In this document: in pieces, positions 39,916 to 51,105 of the stretch
Position numbering within the stretch: the first letter of the stretch is position 1
Layout of the letters: every line of letters starts with the position of its first letter
Origin: Bigelowiella natans CCMP2755
Lineage: Eukaryota; Protista; Cercozoa
Length of the DNA: 64,000 nt
Direction of reading: 5' to 3'
Assembly (NCBI GenBank): GCA_000320545.1
Contig: ADNK01000257.1
Coordinates: 1-64,000, forward strand
The notes under the pieces: generated by a model
Database searches by the model: none
What the model saw: only the letters and a program-made list of their open reading frames with translations
Told to the model about the DNA's origin: nothing
Made by a program: the position numbers and the translations under genes

Positions 39916-40799
39916 GGATGGCGACGACGGCATGTAATGATAATAAATGTGAGAATGATAAAAATTTAATGATTATTCACATGTGAAACTAAACGCAATG
40001 CAAGGCAAGGAGATAGACTGACCTTTGCACGTAGTGTTTGATGCAAGCTTCGTGTGTGTGATCACATCGTAAACATTGTAGCTGGTCATTGGTAGACGCG
40101 CATAGATTGCGCTGTGCTGAACAATCCATGACCAGTGAAAATTTCGAAAAATCTTATGTCAGTTACTAGCTAGCTAGGTTAGCCGCTAGCTAGCTAGATT
40201 TTACAGGGAAATTGGCGTGCCGTGTGGACCTGCACGCTTTCTCTGGCTCAAACAATGCACGTCCCTAAATGCAACAAGCCGCGCCTTTAGCTAGGACATC
40301 TCTTGATATATTGATGAACAAGGCAAAGCAGTGTAAATTCAGCTTGTCGTTGACGCATTCTAGCATAGGATACATCCATCTTATCATGTTGTAGCTACCG
40401 CTGTAGTTTGTGCCATGCCCAAGCTAGCAAGGAATGTTCAGAACCAATATGTATGCACGTGTGCAGTACGTAGATGTACGCGCAATTACGAGAACCCGGT
40501 CTTGGCTGAAATAACTAAAGAAATATTTTCTGTTCTTATATCGAGCTAGTTATTTAATCGTAGCTAAAGCATGCATTATACATAGCTTTTGGTAGTCTCT
40601 TTGGTTAGATGTTACACATGATTCCTCCTGCTAGCTACAGACACCTATGAACATATTCGCGTCTGGATCTGTACAAATGTTCAGCTGTACACCCTGTTCT
40701 CTATAACGTTCACATTATTTATGTGTAAGTTTACACACGAAAGTGTTTTCTGTCATTTCCAAAATTGAAGATTTCCCAGATCGAATGAATTCCTAAATA

Positions 40800-42074
40800 C
40801 TACCAATGATTTTCGTTCCAGTTCTTATCCTGTTCTACATTCCACCGTGTTCCAATAGTACCATATTCCAGCCCTCCCATTCTTGCAACTGTTTCGAGAC
40901 TCAGATCATGTATAGTCACCGAACCATCTGCGTGTTCATTGACGAGGCTGTCCTGTAAATGTGTTATGAGAATCTTCCCAATTACAACGGTAGAACTGCC
41001 GTATTTTGTTGAATCCCCAACTGGGATGAGATTCAGCAGCTTGCATTCTAACTGAATCGGCGATTCCATTATTCGTGGCGCAGCGACTTGATCCGAGGGC
41101 ATTGGTGTAAGCTTGGCCACACTAAACTCATCAATCTCAGGATCAAACTCTTTTGAAGTTTCATACATTTGTGCGAAAGCACCAGTAGTCACGTGGTTGA
41201 CGACAAATTCTCTCGTGCAGATTATATTCCTTAGTGTATCCTTCCACTGCCCAGGGCCACAATAGTAAGAGTAAACGAGTGAAGGATAATGTGAAGGAAG
41301 AATGGTCGCGTACTATCTCATACATCTCTCACACATTCTCTCTCTCTCTCTCTGCCTTCTTTGTGTATGTATTAGGAGTGTTAATGATGATGCACATCAA
41401 ATTCACAAGATATTAGGTCACAAATAGCAATCTTCAACATTTTCACGCGAATTTCCACTCTCAAACACAGACACACACACACACACACACACATACACAC
41501 ACGAGCCTACGTATGCACAGTGCACAACATTATACTCACCCGTCCAGACTTTTTGGTGGTAAGGGATAGGGCAAGTGTTGGGGGATCTGAAGTCACCGGC
41601 CTTCATTGTTACAAGAGTGGATAAATAATAAATGGAATTAAACTTGGATCTTCAGAGAAAAGGCCACTAACAACACCACCTACATGAAGAAGCTTAAGGG
41701 AGCGACATTGTTTATCCCGTCCTCATCAACAGTACTGATCCACGCGATCGGACGTGGTGTTATTGCACTGCATAATATCCTAAACAATAATGATATCATT
41801 CAAATAATACATACGGGATGAGTGTGTACAAGCTACAGTTTAGATCATTTGTGAAACTCTTTGATTTATGTCCGAGACGAGCCGATTTTGTAGACCTGTA
41901 TCGTGTTCGGAGGTCAAGCGCGTCGAAATTATAGCTTCGAAATTTAGATTCGCCGGCATCATGACAAATTCCGTCTTTGAACGTCGTCTTTGGTGCATCA
42001 ATTCTCCGATTGCATGTGGAGAGGAGGGCCAAGGAACGGTGGAAGGTCCGGGGAGGAGGGACTCTTCGGAGCAT
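40800..42074 (-). CDS. Flavin reductase-like FMN-binding protein (flavoredoxin family), probable mitochondrial presequence
   Basis: ITPRPIAWISTVDEDGINNVAPLSFF, DTLRNI..TREFVVN, APRIMESPIQLECKL, ARMGGLEYG. Arg-rich N-terminus MLRRVPPPRTFHR. Confidence 0.9.
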
Positions 42075-42293
42075 CTTTCGTTGGCAAAAAAATACTTTTT
42101 CGACATAGAATTCGCTGACGCAGAACGGATTTTTAGGGGATTTTATCCTCGGTGTATGAGTACTTGAAGCTTCATTGGTAGTAGTGGGCAGCAGCAGTTC
42201 TGGCATCTACTATTTGGAGATTCCTTCGAGTCTCTCCTCCAGGAGAAAGGTGCACTTCGTAGCTTTTGTTCCGGAAAAGCGCGCGAAAGGGTG

Positions 42294-44252
42294 ATGTCCA
42301 AAATCCTCGAGATCGAGTACCGGTAGATCTACGCGATGAATGATCATAAATTGATTATTGTTTATGTCTCTATGTAAAAATGTCCTTGAATCTACCACGG
42401 GGTGAAGGCCCATCTACCGTACAGGCTCTAATTCGAAAGAGGGGAAGGGGACGCTGGTCCTGGCTGGCAAGAACAGGCCTGTCTCAGGTACATGGGAGCC
42501 TTCAGATCCCCATGGGTTCCTGTTTGCTCAGCTAATAGTGATCATGCGCGAACGATTGCAAGTCCAATGGCTCTAGTTGTGAAATGATACACGTAGTCAT
42601 AATTCTTCTTCCAGGATGAATCCTTCTCTAAGCCAAAGCATTGGCATCGTTGAAGCCACTGATGAAGGTGGTCGTAGCCCTTCTAAGGAAAATGAGAAAG
42701 AAGTCCCCAATGTGCCCAACTTCACCAAAGACGTTGATAAGAAGGAAAATGTCGACACTTCGGCATCCATCGATGATATTGTGAGTCAAATCACCAAACT
42801 CTCGATCAAAAAGTCCGACACAGAAGAAGATTCCAAAGGTCATAAAACTTCTGGAGAGGGTTAACTATTTGATTTAGTGTTTCTCATATGCAACAGTGAA
42901 AACGGCTTTTACATGGGATAGTCGGTGCCTGAAACACGAGGCGAACCGTGACCATCTAGAGAAACCGGAAAGAGTGCGTAAATAAGCTATCGTATTCACT
43001 ATTATTTCTCTCACATTTTACATATTGCCTAGGTAGTGGAGATTTTAAATGAAATAAAGCACCAGGGCCTTTTCTCGAAGTTACAGATGGTGGAGGGGCG
43101 TCTGGCAAGTAAGGAGGAGTTGTGTAGAGAGGAGGGTGGATATGGTCCTCACACGAAAGACCATGTCAAAACAGTTGATGATTCCGTACACCTCACCTTC
43201 AAGCCTAGAGTAAAAAGCGAGGACGATCCGGAAGACTCCAAACTGTATCCTCCTTGTCACTACATAGATTCCGACACATACGTAAATGAATACTCCAACA
43301 TTGCTGCGAGGACAGCTGTTGGTTGTGTGCTGAACGTAACAAAATCTGTTCTAGAAGGGAGCGCTACAAATGGGTTTGCAGCCATACGCCCCCCTGGCCA
43401 TCATGCCGGGTTCCACAACTTCAGTGGATTCTGCCTTTACAATAATGTTGCTGCAGCTGCAAAATATGCGAAGGAAAAATTTCCTGAGATCTGCAAGAAG
43501 ATTCTGATACTTGATTGGGATGTTCACCACGGAGATGGAACTCAACAGATATTTTATGAAGATCCCAGTGTGCTATTTATTTCTATCCATCGATTCACGA
43601 AAGATTTTTTCCCCTGCACAGGACGAGCGAGCGAAGTTGGTAAGGGTCGTGGAAAGGGCTATAACATCAATATACCGTTAGAACAGGCTGGGCTTGGAAA
43701 TCAGCATTATGCTGCAGTTTTCAAGCACATCGTTATTCCAGTGGCCCAAAGATTTTCGCCCGACCTCATCCTCATTAGTGCAGGGTTCGATAAACTATTT
43801 ATTTTCTCATTTCTTTAATTAACTGAAACTCTCTTTAGATTCGACTGCGTCGTAGGTGACCCTGTTGGAGGAATGAATGTACCAAATAAAAAATACAATG
43901 ATTATAAGCTTCTTTCCTAATTATGATACTTTTCAATGGCTAGGTCACTCCTGAGGGTTTGAAAGCACTTACTGAAATGCTAATGGCCCCGGAAATACAG
44001 AAAGATGGCCGAATTGTAATGGTCTTAGAAGGGGGCTACAATACTAAGATGGTCGCTAAAGCTGCGACTCGTTGTCTAGAGGCTCTGATGGGACACCACG
44101 GACCTCAACTGGATCCCATAAGTATTGATCGAGAAAATACAACGGATGGCAAATTTTCGACTACAATACAGAATTGTCTCCGAGTTCACTCCCGATATTG
44201 GCCTTTGAAGTATGAAATTCGAAGATCTTCGAGGAGACCCAAAAAGGCTTAG
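42294..44252 (+). CDS. Class II histone deacetylase (HDA1/HDAC6-like, single catalytic domain)
   Basis: HLEKPERV, RPPGHHA, GFCLYNNVA, ILDWDVHHGDGTQ, SAGFD, GDPVGG, VLEGGY. 5' exons uncertain. Confidence 0.93.
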
Positions 44253-45095
44253 GATGAAGATGTAATATATAGGTTTGCCGCCTGTGCTCACAGTGCATAT
44301 CCTAGTATCCGATAATTTTTACTGCCTTGTACTCTATACTGCTTTCATACATTCTAGTTTCGAGACATAAGAAATAGTGAAAGTATAGTAAATTGTGCGA
44401 GAGGTTCGAGAGTGAGGCATGAATCAGATCAAAAAGAGTAAAGGCTTGAAAATTGTGTGAAGAGAACAGCAGGCGCAATGCTCCTTTGAGCGATGTCTCG
44501 TACTTTACACGCTGACGAATATGTACGTAGATTGTTCATAAAATTGAAGTAGATGGACACCAACAAGAAGCCTCACTGTTGGTCGTTTATATGTCGCGCA
44601 CAAGCGATTTATCACATTACGTCAAAGCCTTGCACAGCTATTATATGCGGTGTATGTGATATCTATGTGATCACAGCTCAAGCTTTTTAAGAGCGCACCT
44701 ACCTACATGCATATGTACGATGTACACGACAGGTAAAGCACCAAAGCAGCTGCCTAGTATGCATGTTGCACGCATTATACGCATGTATGTACATAGGCGC
44801 TACGACATAAAAATCATGCACACATGTAGTAAAAAGCACTGCTAGACTATCGTAGCCACAACGTGTGCAGCCACAAATGTTATTATTATACTTAATCGCA
44901 TCCGCTTCGTTATCATCACACAGCAGCATCGTGGCATCTAGGCATGAGAACATGATCATTATTATACTTGTTCATTGGTTTCGCACCATATCACCTTTGT
45001 TGAATAGGTACCGAGACTACTTACTTGACCACGAGCGAACAACATGCAGAACTAGCAAATGAACATCATCAGGCTACACATTCGTATAGCATGAA

Positions 45096-45421
45096 TGTAG
45101 CGCGTACCACTACGCGGGCACAAGTCACGTGCGACAACAAAGGGGTTGTCGCGGATATAGAATATAGATAACGTAGATATTAATACAGCATAGGCACGTG
45201 GGTTCCGGCGGGACTCATGGCAGCACACCGGAAGTGTGCTGCCCCACGTGCGGCGGCATTCGCGAAAGCTTCGCGAATGATTACGCAGTGCACGATTTAA
45301 TAAAAATATAATCTTTAATAAAAATAAACACAACTCTTCAAAAGGAAGCAAACGTGCCTTTCCCCCCCCCTGCCTACTTGTGCACGTAGCGCCTCGGCCT
45401 GTGAACACCTTACGCGCAACA
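45096..45421 (+). repeat. 5' LTR
   Basis: tgtagcgcgt...gcgcaaca, identical to 50486-50811. Confidence 0.97.
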
Positions 45422-45426
45422 ACCTT

Positions 45427-45444
45427 TGGCTTCCACACACGGGA
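45427..45444 (+). promoter_or_regulatory. Primer-binding site (tRNA 3'-end complement)
   Basis: TGGCTTCCACACACGGGA begins 5 nt after the LTR end. TGG complements the tRNA CCA. Cognate tRNA not identified. Confidence 0.7.
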
Positions 45445-45460
45445 AACGATTTGACTAACA

Positions 45461-48400
45461 ATGTCACAGCAGCTAGAAGAACAGCAGGACTTTGGCTCGC
45501 AGGCCGTGCAAGGGCACGAGCAGAAACAGGAAAGGAAGGGCGATACGGACGCTAAGGAAGGAGGAGGAACACCTCCACAGGCACCGCCGGGACCAGCACC
45601 CGGGATTAAGAAAGCAGATGCAGCAGCAGAGGCACTGGAGAACTTCTACGAGGCGGACGACGAGGACGTGGCCGCCGAAAGCAAGAAGGTCGTAATGGCA
45701 TTACGAGCCTTGCGACCCAGGGCGAGCAACTACGCCAAACTGAAAGTATCGATAGAATACAAGTATCAGACACATGATGTTTGGGCAGCTATCATGCAGG
45801 ACATCATGGATTACGAAGCAGACTTACCTCCAGAGTGGGCAGCTTTGTTTAGGAACGACGGGGGTCTGGGCGCCTCGCGGGGGACGACCCAGAGCACCGT
45901 CAAGCAGCAGCAGCCGGTACAGCGGAACACCCAGTTCATGTCTGTTAAAACAGCACCGGTTATGATAACGAAATACAACGGGAAAAGAGGTGAGGCAAGG
46001 AGGTGGTGGAAGAACGCTAGGAGTATACTCTGCGACTTTACCCCTAACCCCACCGAAAACGACAAGCTCAAATGGCTAGCTATAATAAAGCAAGCCATGG
46101 ACCTTTACGAGACAGGCAGGACCCGGATCAGGCAGCTAGAGAAAATACACACTACAGTTAGTGGGCTACGAGACGTTGAGGCGATAATGAAGGCTTTTGT
46201 AAATGAACAGGATGCTAACTCCCTACCCCAGGCTATTAGAAAATACAGAGCAATGATGCAGCATGAGAGAGAACCTGTTAGAGACTTTGCCACGCGCTTC
46301 CAGGATATGATCGACGAACTACATGATTTTAATTACAACACAGGTGATGATCAGGCAAGGTTTGAAGAGTTCAAGTTAAAGATAAAGGAATCCACTTACG
46401 TTACGGAGAAAGGCTACACCACGATGGAGGCAGCAGTGCAGGCTATATCCCTACGCGAGCAGGAGCAGGACCGCAAGTTTACCAGCCCTAAGGTACCTGG
46501 CATAGGAAACATTAACGCTATTAAGCCGCAGCGAGACTGGTACAAGGACAGGGAAGGTAACCGACGTTGCGGATACTGCTCACGTAAAGGGAAACACACC
46601 GCTAAAGACTGCAGAGACAGGAAAGAAGGACGACCCAGGATGACGATCAGGCAGCTCAACGAACACTACGAGAAGTTAAAGAGAAAGAAAGGCAGAGGAC
46701 AAGGATATAACAACAGCAAATGGCAAGGCAGCAACAACGGGAAGAACAATAAATATAAGAACAAAAAGCAGAACAGTATCAATGCTATACAGCAGCAGAT
46801 AAACGGAATATTAGATCACCTTAAGCAGGCGCCGACGAAGACAGCAGTACCAGCAACGCAGGACCAAGACAAGCCCATGACCCTAGACGACATAAAGAAC
46901 TTAGGAGTATGCAACATTAATGACGAAGACGCTAACAGGACTATCAAAGTTGCTATGACCAAGGTTAAAGTTAAAGACAGCTACGGAGACTACAAGAAAC
47001 TACCTGCCCTTTGGGATAGTGGCAGCATGCCGAAGTCCTTCATAAGCCTAAGCACAGTAAGAAGGTTAGGACTATTGGATCAAGTGACTAAGAAAGAACG
47101 TAAATATGCTCAAGCAGACGGAAGCTCTTCCATGAAGACCGTCGGTGAGCTAATGCTAAAGCTACAGATACCTGGCAGCGACGCGGAGACCCAAATCAAG
47201 ACCCGAGTAGCCATGACTTTATCCATGGAACTACTCCTCGGACAGGATGCCCTAGAAAAATTAGGGGGGATCATATCATTCTACAATCACAAGATATACT
47301 TTGCTAAGTTGCCAAAGAAGTCAGGCAGGACCATCAGCCAGAACATGATACGGCTTGACGAGTGGACCTCTGAGTCAAGCGTTAATGCGTTAGAGTTTAT
47401 GGACCTAGCGGACAACAAGCTACCTACACCTACCGAGCTACGGAAGAAGAACCCCGGCAAGACCATCCGACAGATAACGGAGCTACTGGACAAGACCCCC
47501 CCAGCTGATGATTGGGATATCGACAAAGGCAAAAAGTACATTAATAAAATATTAAACGAGAAGTACTCTGACATCACCAAGCCGACGACGAAGCCCTCCA
47601 GCAAGCTTACCCCAGTAAAGATCGAGCTAAAGAAGGGATACGAAGAGTGCATCATCAATGACCCAGAACATAGGCGACCGGAAGCGGACTGGGAAAAGAT
47701 AGAGTGGCAGATCAATGAATGGGCAAAGGAAGGGAAGATAGAGCCAAGCAACTCACCATGGAACGTGAGACATGTGCTAGCTAAGAAACCTACTTACCCT
47801 TTCTTCCGCCTGGCGCACAACTTCATCCGCCACAACCGAGTAATAAAGAGGATCCAGACACCTACACCAAGGATAGATGACGTTATTGAACACGTCATAG
47901 GATACAAATACTACTCTTCCCTAGATAAAAATGAATCATACATGCAGACACCCATCCACAAAACCTCCCGCCCCATTACCGCGTTCTCCAGCAGGCACAG
48001 GAAGTGGCACTTCGTCGTATTCCCTTACGGCCTAAGCATATCAGGGGATGCGTTCAGTAGTCAGAACTACAGGGCATACACACATGATGGGATGGCGTCT
48101 GTGTTGTGGGTGTTTGTGTTTGTGTATGTGGATGATGACATAATATGTACCAACACAGTCGTCGCTCAGATCTTCCTCCTGGAAAATATATTTATTAGGT
48201 TTGCACACTTCGGTTTTACTATTAGACTGCAGAAGTGTACATTCCTAGCTACAAGAATCAAGTGGTGTGGATATTACCTGGAGCAAGGCCGCATCACCCC
48301 AAACCCCGAGAAAGTAGCAGCACTACAGCAAGCCCCTAAACCTAAGAATGCAAAGGAGTTAAAGTCATTCTTGCAGACTGCAGCTTGGATACTACGTAGG

Positions 48401-50434
48401 TTCTCCCCTACCTACGCTAGGACTGCAGCTGCTTTTACTACTGCTTACCGGAAGGAGAACTCTGTAGGCCTCAGCTTCGCTAAGGTGTGGGCCAAGGCTG
48501 GCCTTGATGCCCACTTCGATAACCTAATAAAGTTATGCAGCAACACCCTATTGAATGCTAAGCTAGACACTACTAGACCAGCTACCCTATGGACAGACTG
48601 GTCTAAGCTAGGTATGGCTGCTGTACTTACCCAAGACCAGCAGATCATACGGGTGTGGGGCAGGGCCTGCACAGCAGCTGAGGCCAAGTACAGCCCTACA
48701 AAAGGAGAGTATAAAGCCATGACTGAGGCGCAGAGGAAACTAAGATACTACCTGCTGTCGGTGCCCAGCTTCACCTTAATGACTGACCACAAGCCCCTCC
48801 TAGGCATCGACCGCAAGCTCGAAGCGCCTAACGATGAGTATGCAGCTATGAGGGCGGACACGGAAGAGTTTAGGGACAAGAGGACAGTGGTCTACGCACC
48901 AGGAGACAAGCAGCTTGCTGACTATTTCAGCAGGCTGTTCGAAAAGAAAGTCCCTACCCAGGTCACCCCTATGGTTAACGCGATTACCTTCGAGGACGGC
49001 GACTTCCTGCCTGAGCCAGAGGAGCTCCAGCACCTTCAAGAACACCTGGATAAATACAAACACAAGCATGAGGTACTTAGTGATAGGATATATGTATACA
49101 CTAATAATGTTAGGCGTACCTACGTGCCACGGCGGACCAGGGGAGCCCTTCTCTTTACCGCCCATGGACCTGCACACGTAGGAGAAAACCATATCACTGC
49201 TCTACTCTACCATTACTACTGGCCCTACAAGCTAAAAGAGATAAGGACATACCTGCGTGGCTGCAGGTGCTCCAGCTTGAAGGCGGCAGGCGTCGCCACC
49301 AAGGAGTCCAGCAAGAGCCGTGCATCTAAGAAAATCAAAGCAAGGAACTTCTTAGATATCGTGCAAATTGATGTTTATAAGTACGATGGCTATCACTACC
49401 TTACCTTCGTTGATGTGGCCACTGGAAAGTGCTGGGTTAAAAAGATTATCAAGGTCAACGTTGCTAAGAAGAACAAAGGCTTATATAAGCAGAGGCTTAC
49501 TAACTGCTACCGTACCTGGGAGTCTGAGCTCCAGGCTATCCCTGATGAAGTTAGCATAAACAAGATACCAAAGAAGTTACATGTGGATAATGAGACCTCT
49601 CTTCTACAGCTACCACACCCTAATATTGATGCCTCACCTGTATACTATGCCCAGTCCAACTCCAAGGTAGAGCGACTCCACCGCACCTTGGCCAACCTAA
49701 GCAGGATAAATAGCACCACACCAGACAAGATACAAGGGTTAGTAAACGACACCTTCACGTCTGGGGGAGGTATCAAGGATAAGGAGAGGGAAGAAGGCGA
49801 CGACAACGACGACGATACCGAGAGCGAAGACGAGAAGGTCCCGTACGATGGCCGAGTTCTAAAGGAAGGACAGTATGTTAGGGCCAAGGTAAATCTGAGA
49901 TCGAGAAATAAACAAGACCCCTTCTGGGGTGGCGTTGCAAAGGTTACCGAGAGGAAGGGGAGGAAGCAGTACTACATCTATGATGGGAACAGGGTCACCT
50001 TGCGCCACATCAGTCACCTAAAGAATTATGATATCGGTGAGAAGCTCCTAGAGGATGTTAAAGTAAACCCTACTGTGTGGGAGCGAGCAATGCCTTGTTT
50101 AGGACCCCGACCTAAGTTCGATGTGGAATATGGAAACAATAAGGTCAGGGTGAACGACGATTGGCGCATGAAGATTGTCTATCTAGGCTACCCTGGATTA
50201 CGAAATATGGAGAGGGTAGCTATGAAAATAAAGGACGGAAAATATCAGCTACTCTACCTAGCTGTTCCCGACTTACCCTTTGAGCACTGGTATAAGGTCC
50301 TGGGGGACCTTGATGCAGAGGGCTGGTATGGACACGAACCTAAGGACGAAGGTGAGTTCTGGGTAAGCGACAAAGGAGATAAGGTTAGAGAGGAATCTAT
50401 TACCTGGTGGTTGGTGAAGTTCCGAAAGCGATGA
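45461..50434 (+). CDS. Gag-Pol polyprotein (Gag, zinc knuckle, aspartic protease, RT, RNase H, integrase, extra C-terminal MTase-like domain)
   Basis: 1657 aa, uninterrupted. Motifs: CGYCSRKGKHTAKDC, LWDSGS, YVDD, TDWS and TDHKPL, HGPAH..CRC, IVQID..HVDNE..SKVER, SH3-like GQYV..RHISHLK. Confidence 0.96.
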   Translation: MSQQLEEQQDFGSQAVQGHEQKQERKGDTDAKEGGGTPPQAPPGPAPGIKKADAAAEALENFYEADDEDVAAESKKVVMALRALRPRASNYAKLKVSIEYKYQTHDVWAAIMQDIMDYEADLPPEWAALFRNDGGLGASRGTTQSTVKQQQPVQRNTQFMSVKTAPVMITKYNGKRGEARRWWKNARSILCDFTPNPTENDKLKWLAIIKQAMDLYETGRTRIRQLEKIHTTVSGLRDVEAIMKAFVNEQDANSLPQAIRKYRAMMQHEREPVRDFATRFQDMIDELHDFNYNTGDDQARFEEFKLKIKESTYVTEKGYTTMEAAVQAISLREQEQDRKFTSPKVPGIGNINAIKPQRDWYKDREGNRRCGYCSRKGKHTAKDCRDRKEGRPRMTIRQLNEHYEKLKRKKGRGQGYNNSKWQGSNNGKNNKYKNKKQNSINAIQQQINGILDHLKQAPTKTAVPATQDQDKPMTLDDIKNLGVCNINDEDANRTIKVAMTKVKVKDSYGDYKKLPALWDSGSMPKSFISLSTVRRLGLLDQVTKKERKYAQADGSSSMKTVGELMLKLQIPGSDAETQIKTRVAMTLSMELLLGQDALEKLGGIISFYNHKIYFAKLPKKSGRTISQNMIRLDEWTSESSVNALEFMDLADNKLPTPTELRKKNPGKTIRQITELLDKTPPADDWDIDKGKKYINKILNEKYSDITKPTTKPSSKLTPVKIELKKGYEECIINDPEHRRPEADWEKIEWQINEWAKEGKIEPSNSPWNVRHVLAKKPTYPFFRLAHNFIRHNRVIKRIQTPTPRIDDVIEHVIGYKYYSSLDKNESYMQTPIHKTSRPITAFSSRHRKWHFVVFPYGLSISGDAFSSQNYRAYTHDGMASVLWVFVFVYVDDDIICTNTVVAQIFLLENIFIRFAHFGFTIRLQKCTFLATRIKWCGYYLEQGRITPNPEKVAALQQAPKPKNAKELKSFLQTAAWILRRFSPTYARTAAAFTTAYRKENSVGLSFAKVWAKAGLDAHFDNLIKLCSNTLLNAKLDTTRPATLWTDWSKLGMAAVLTQDQQIIRVWGRACTAAEAKYSPTKGEYKAMTEAQRKLRYYLLSVPSFTLMTDHKPLLGIDRKLEAPNDEYAAMRADTEEFRDKRTVVYAPGDKQLADYFSRLFEKKVPTQVTPMVNAITFEDGDFLPEPEELQHLQEHLDKYKHKHEVLSDRIYVYTNNVRRTYVPRRTRGALLFTAHGPAHVGENHITALLYHYYWPYKLKEIRTYLRGCRCSSLKAAGVATKESSKSRASKKIKARNFLDIVQIDVYKYDGYHYLTFVDVATGKCWVKKIIKVNVAKKNKGLYKQRLTNCYRTWESELQAIPDEVSINKIPKKLHVDNETSLLQLPHPNIDASPVYYAQSNSKVERLHRTLANLSRINSTTPDKIQGLVNDTFTSGGGIKDKEREEGDDNDDDTESEDEKVPYDGRVLKEGQYVRAKVNLRSRNKQDPFWGGVAKVTERKGRKQYYIYDGNRVTLRHISHLKNYDIGEKLLEDVKVNPTVWERAMPCLGPRPKFDVEYGNNKVRVNDDWRMKIVYLGYPGLRNMERVAMKIKDGKYQLLYLAVPDLPFEHWYKVLGDLDAEGWYGHEPKDEGEFWVSDKGDKVREESITWWLVKFRKR

Positions 50435-50477
50435 AGGTCTAAGGGAATAAGGAAGGAAGGAAGGAGCAACGTGACTT

Positions 50478-50485
50478 GGGGGAGG
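50478..50485 (+). promoter_or_regulatory. Polypurine tract
   Basis: GGGGGAGG directly abuts the TG of the 3' LTR. Confidence 0.8.
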
Positions 50486-50811
50486 TGTAGCGCGTACCAC
50501 TACGCGGGCACAAGTCACGTGCGACAACAAAGGGGTTGTCGCGGATATAGAATATAGATAACGTAGATATTAATACAGCATAGGCACGTGGGTTCCGGCG
50601 GGACTCATGGCAGCACACCGGAAGTGTGCTGCCCCACGTGCGGCGGCATTCGCGAAAGCTTCGCGAATGATTACGCAGTGCACGATTTAATAAAAATATA
50701 ATCTTTAATAAAAATAAACACAACTCTTCAAAAGGAAGCAAACGTGCCTTTCCCCCCCCCTGCCTACTTGTGCACGTAGCGCCTCGGCCTGTGAACACCT
50801 TACGCGCAACA
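50486..50811 (+). repeat. 3' LTR
   Basis: Identical to the 5' LTR. Confidence 0.97.
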
Positions 50812-51105
50812 TGAAGGCAAACATCATCGGTCGGTGAATTGGGCTCTACGCACAAGCTAGCGCACAGGAGCATGTGTATTTTACCCTCATGGGCTTTGAG
50901 AAGACAGTGCTAACGTGGGATTCCGGCATGCGTGAAAATGTGACGGCGGGCAACGTAGTTGGCCGCGGTGGGACGGCAATAGATGGTTTTCGCAAAAGTT
51001 TTTACAACAACTATTGGAGTAACGGAATTGCCAACTTGTAGAAATTTGTAAACTCATACGCTTTCGCAAGTTTCGACAAGTTTTTCCAATATAATTTCGG
51101 GGAAG

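Larger units (their letters stand above)
45096..50811 (+). mobile_element. Full-length Ty3/Gypsy LTR retrotransposon, very recent insertion
   Basis: TG..CA LTRs of 326 bp, identical by eye. 4-bp TSD TGAA (45092-45095 and 50812-50815). PBS, PPT and a single gag-pol ORF with PR-RT-RH-IN order. Confidence 0.97.

Noticed and set aside
39950-40780. (CTAG)n-containing intergenic stretch as another hypermutated domain
   Set aside because: Many non-CTAG TAs remain, so depletion is not convincing by eye.
45052-45438. 128-aa antisense ORF repeated at 50439-50873
   Set aside because: Antisense reading of the two identical LTRs, with no protein features.
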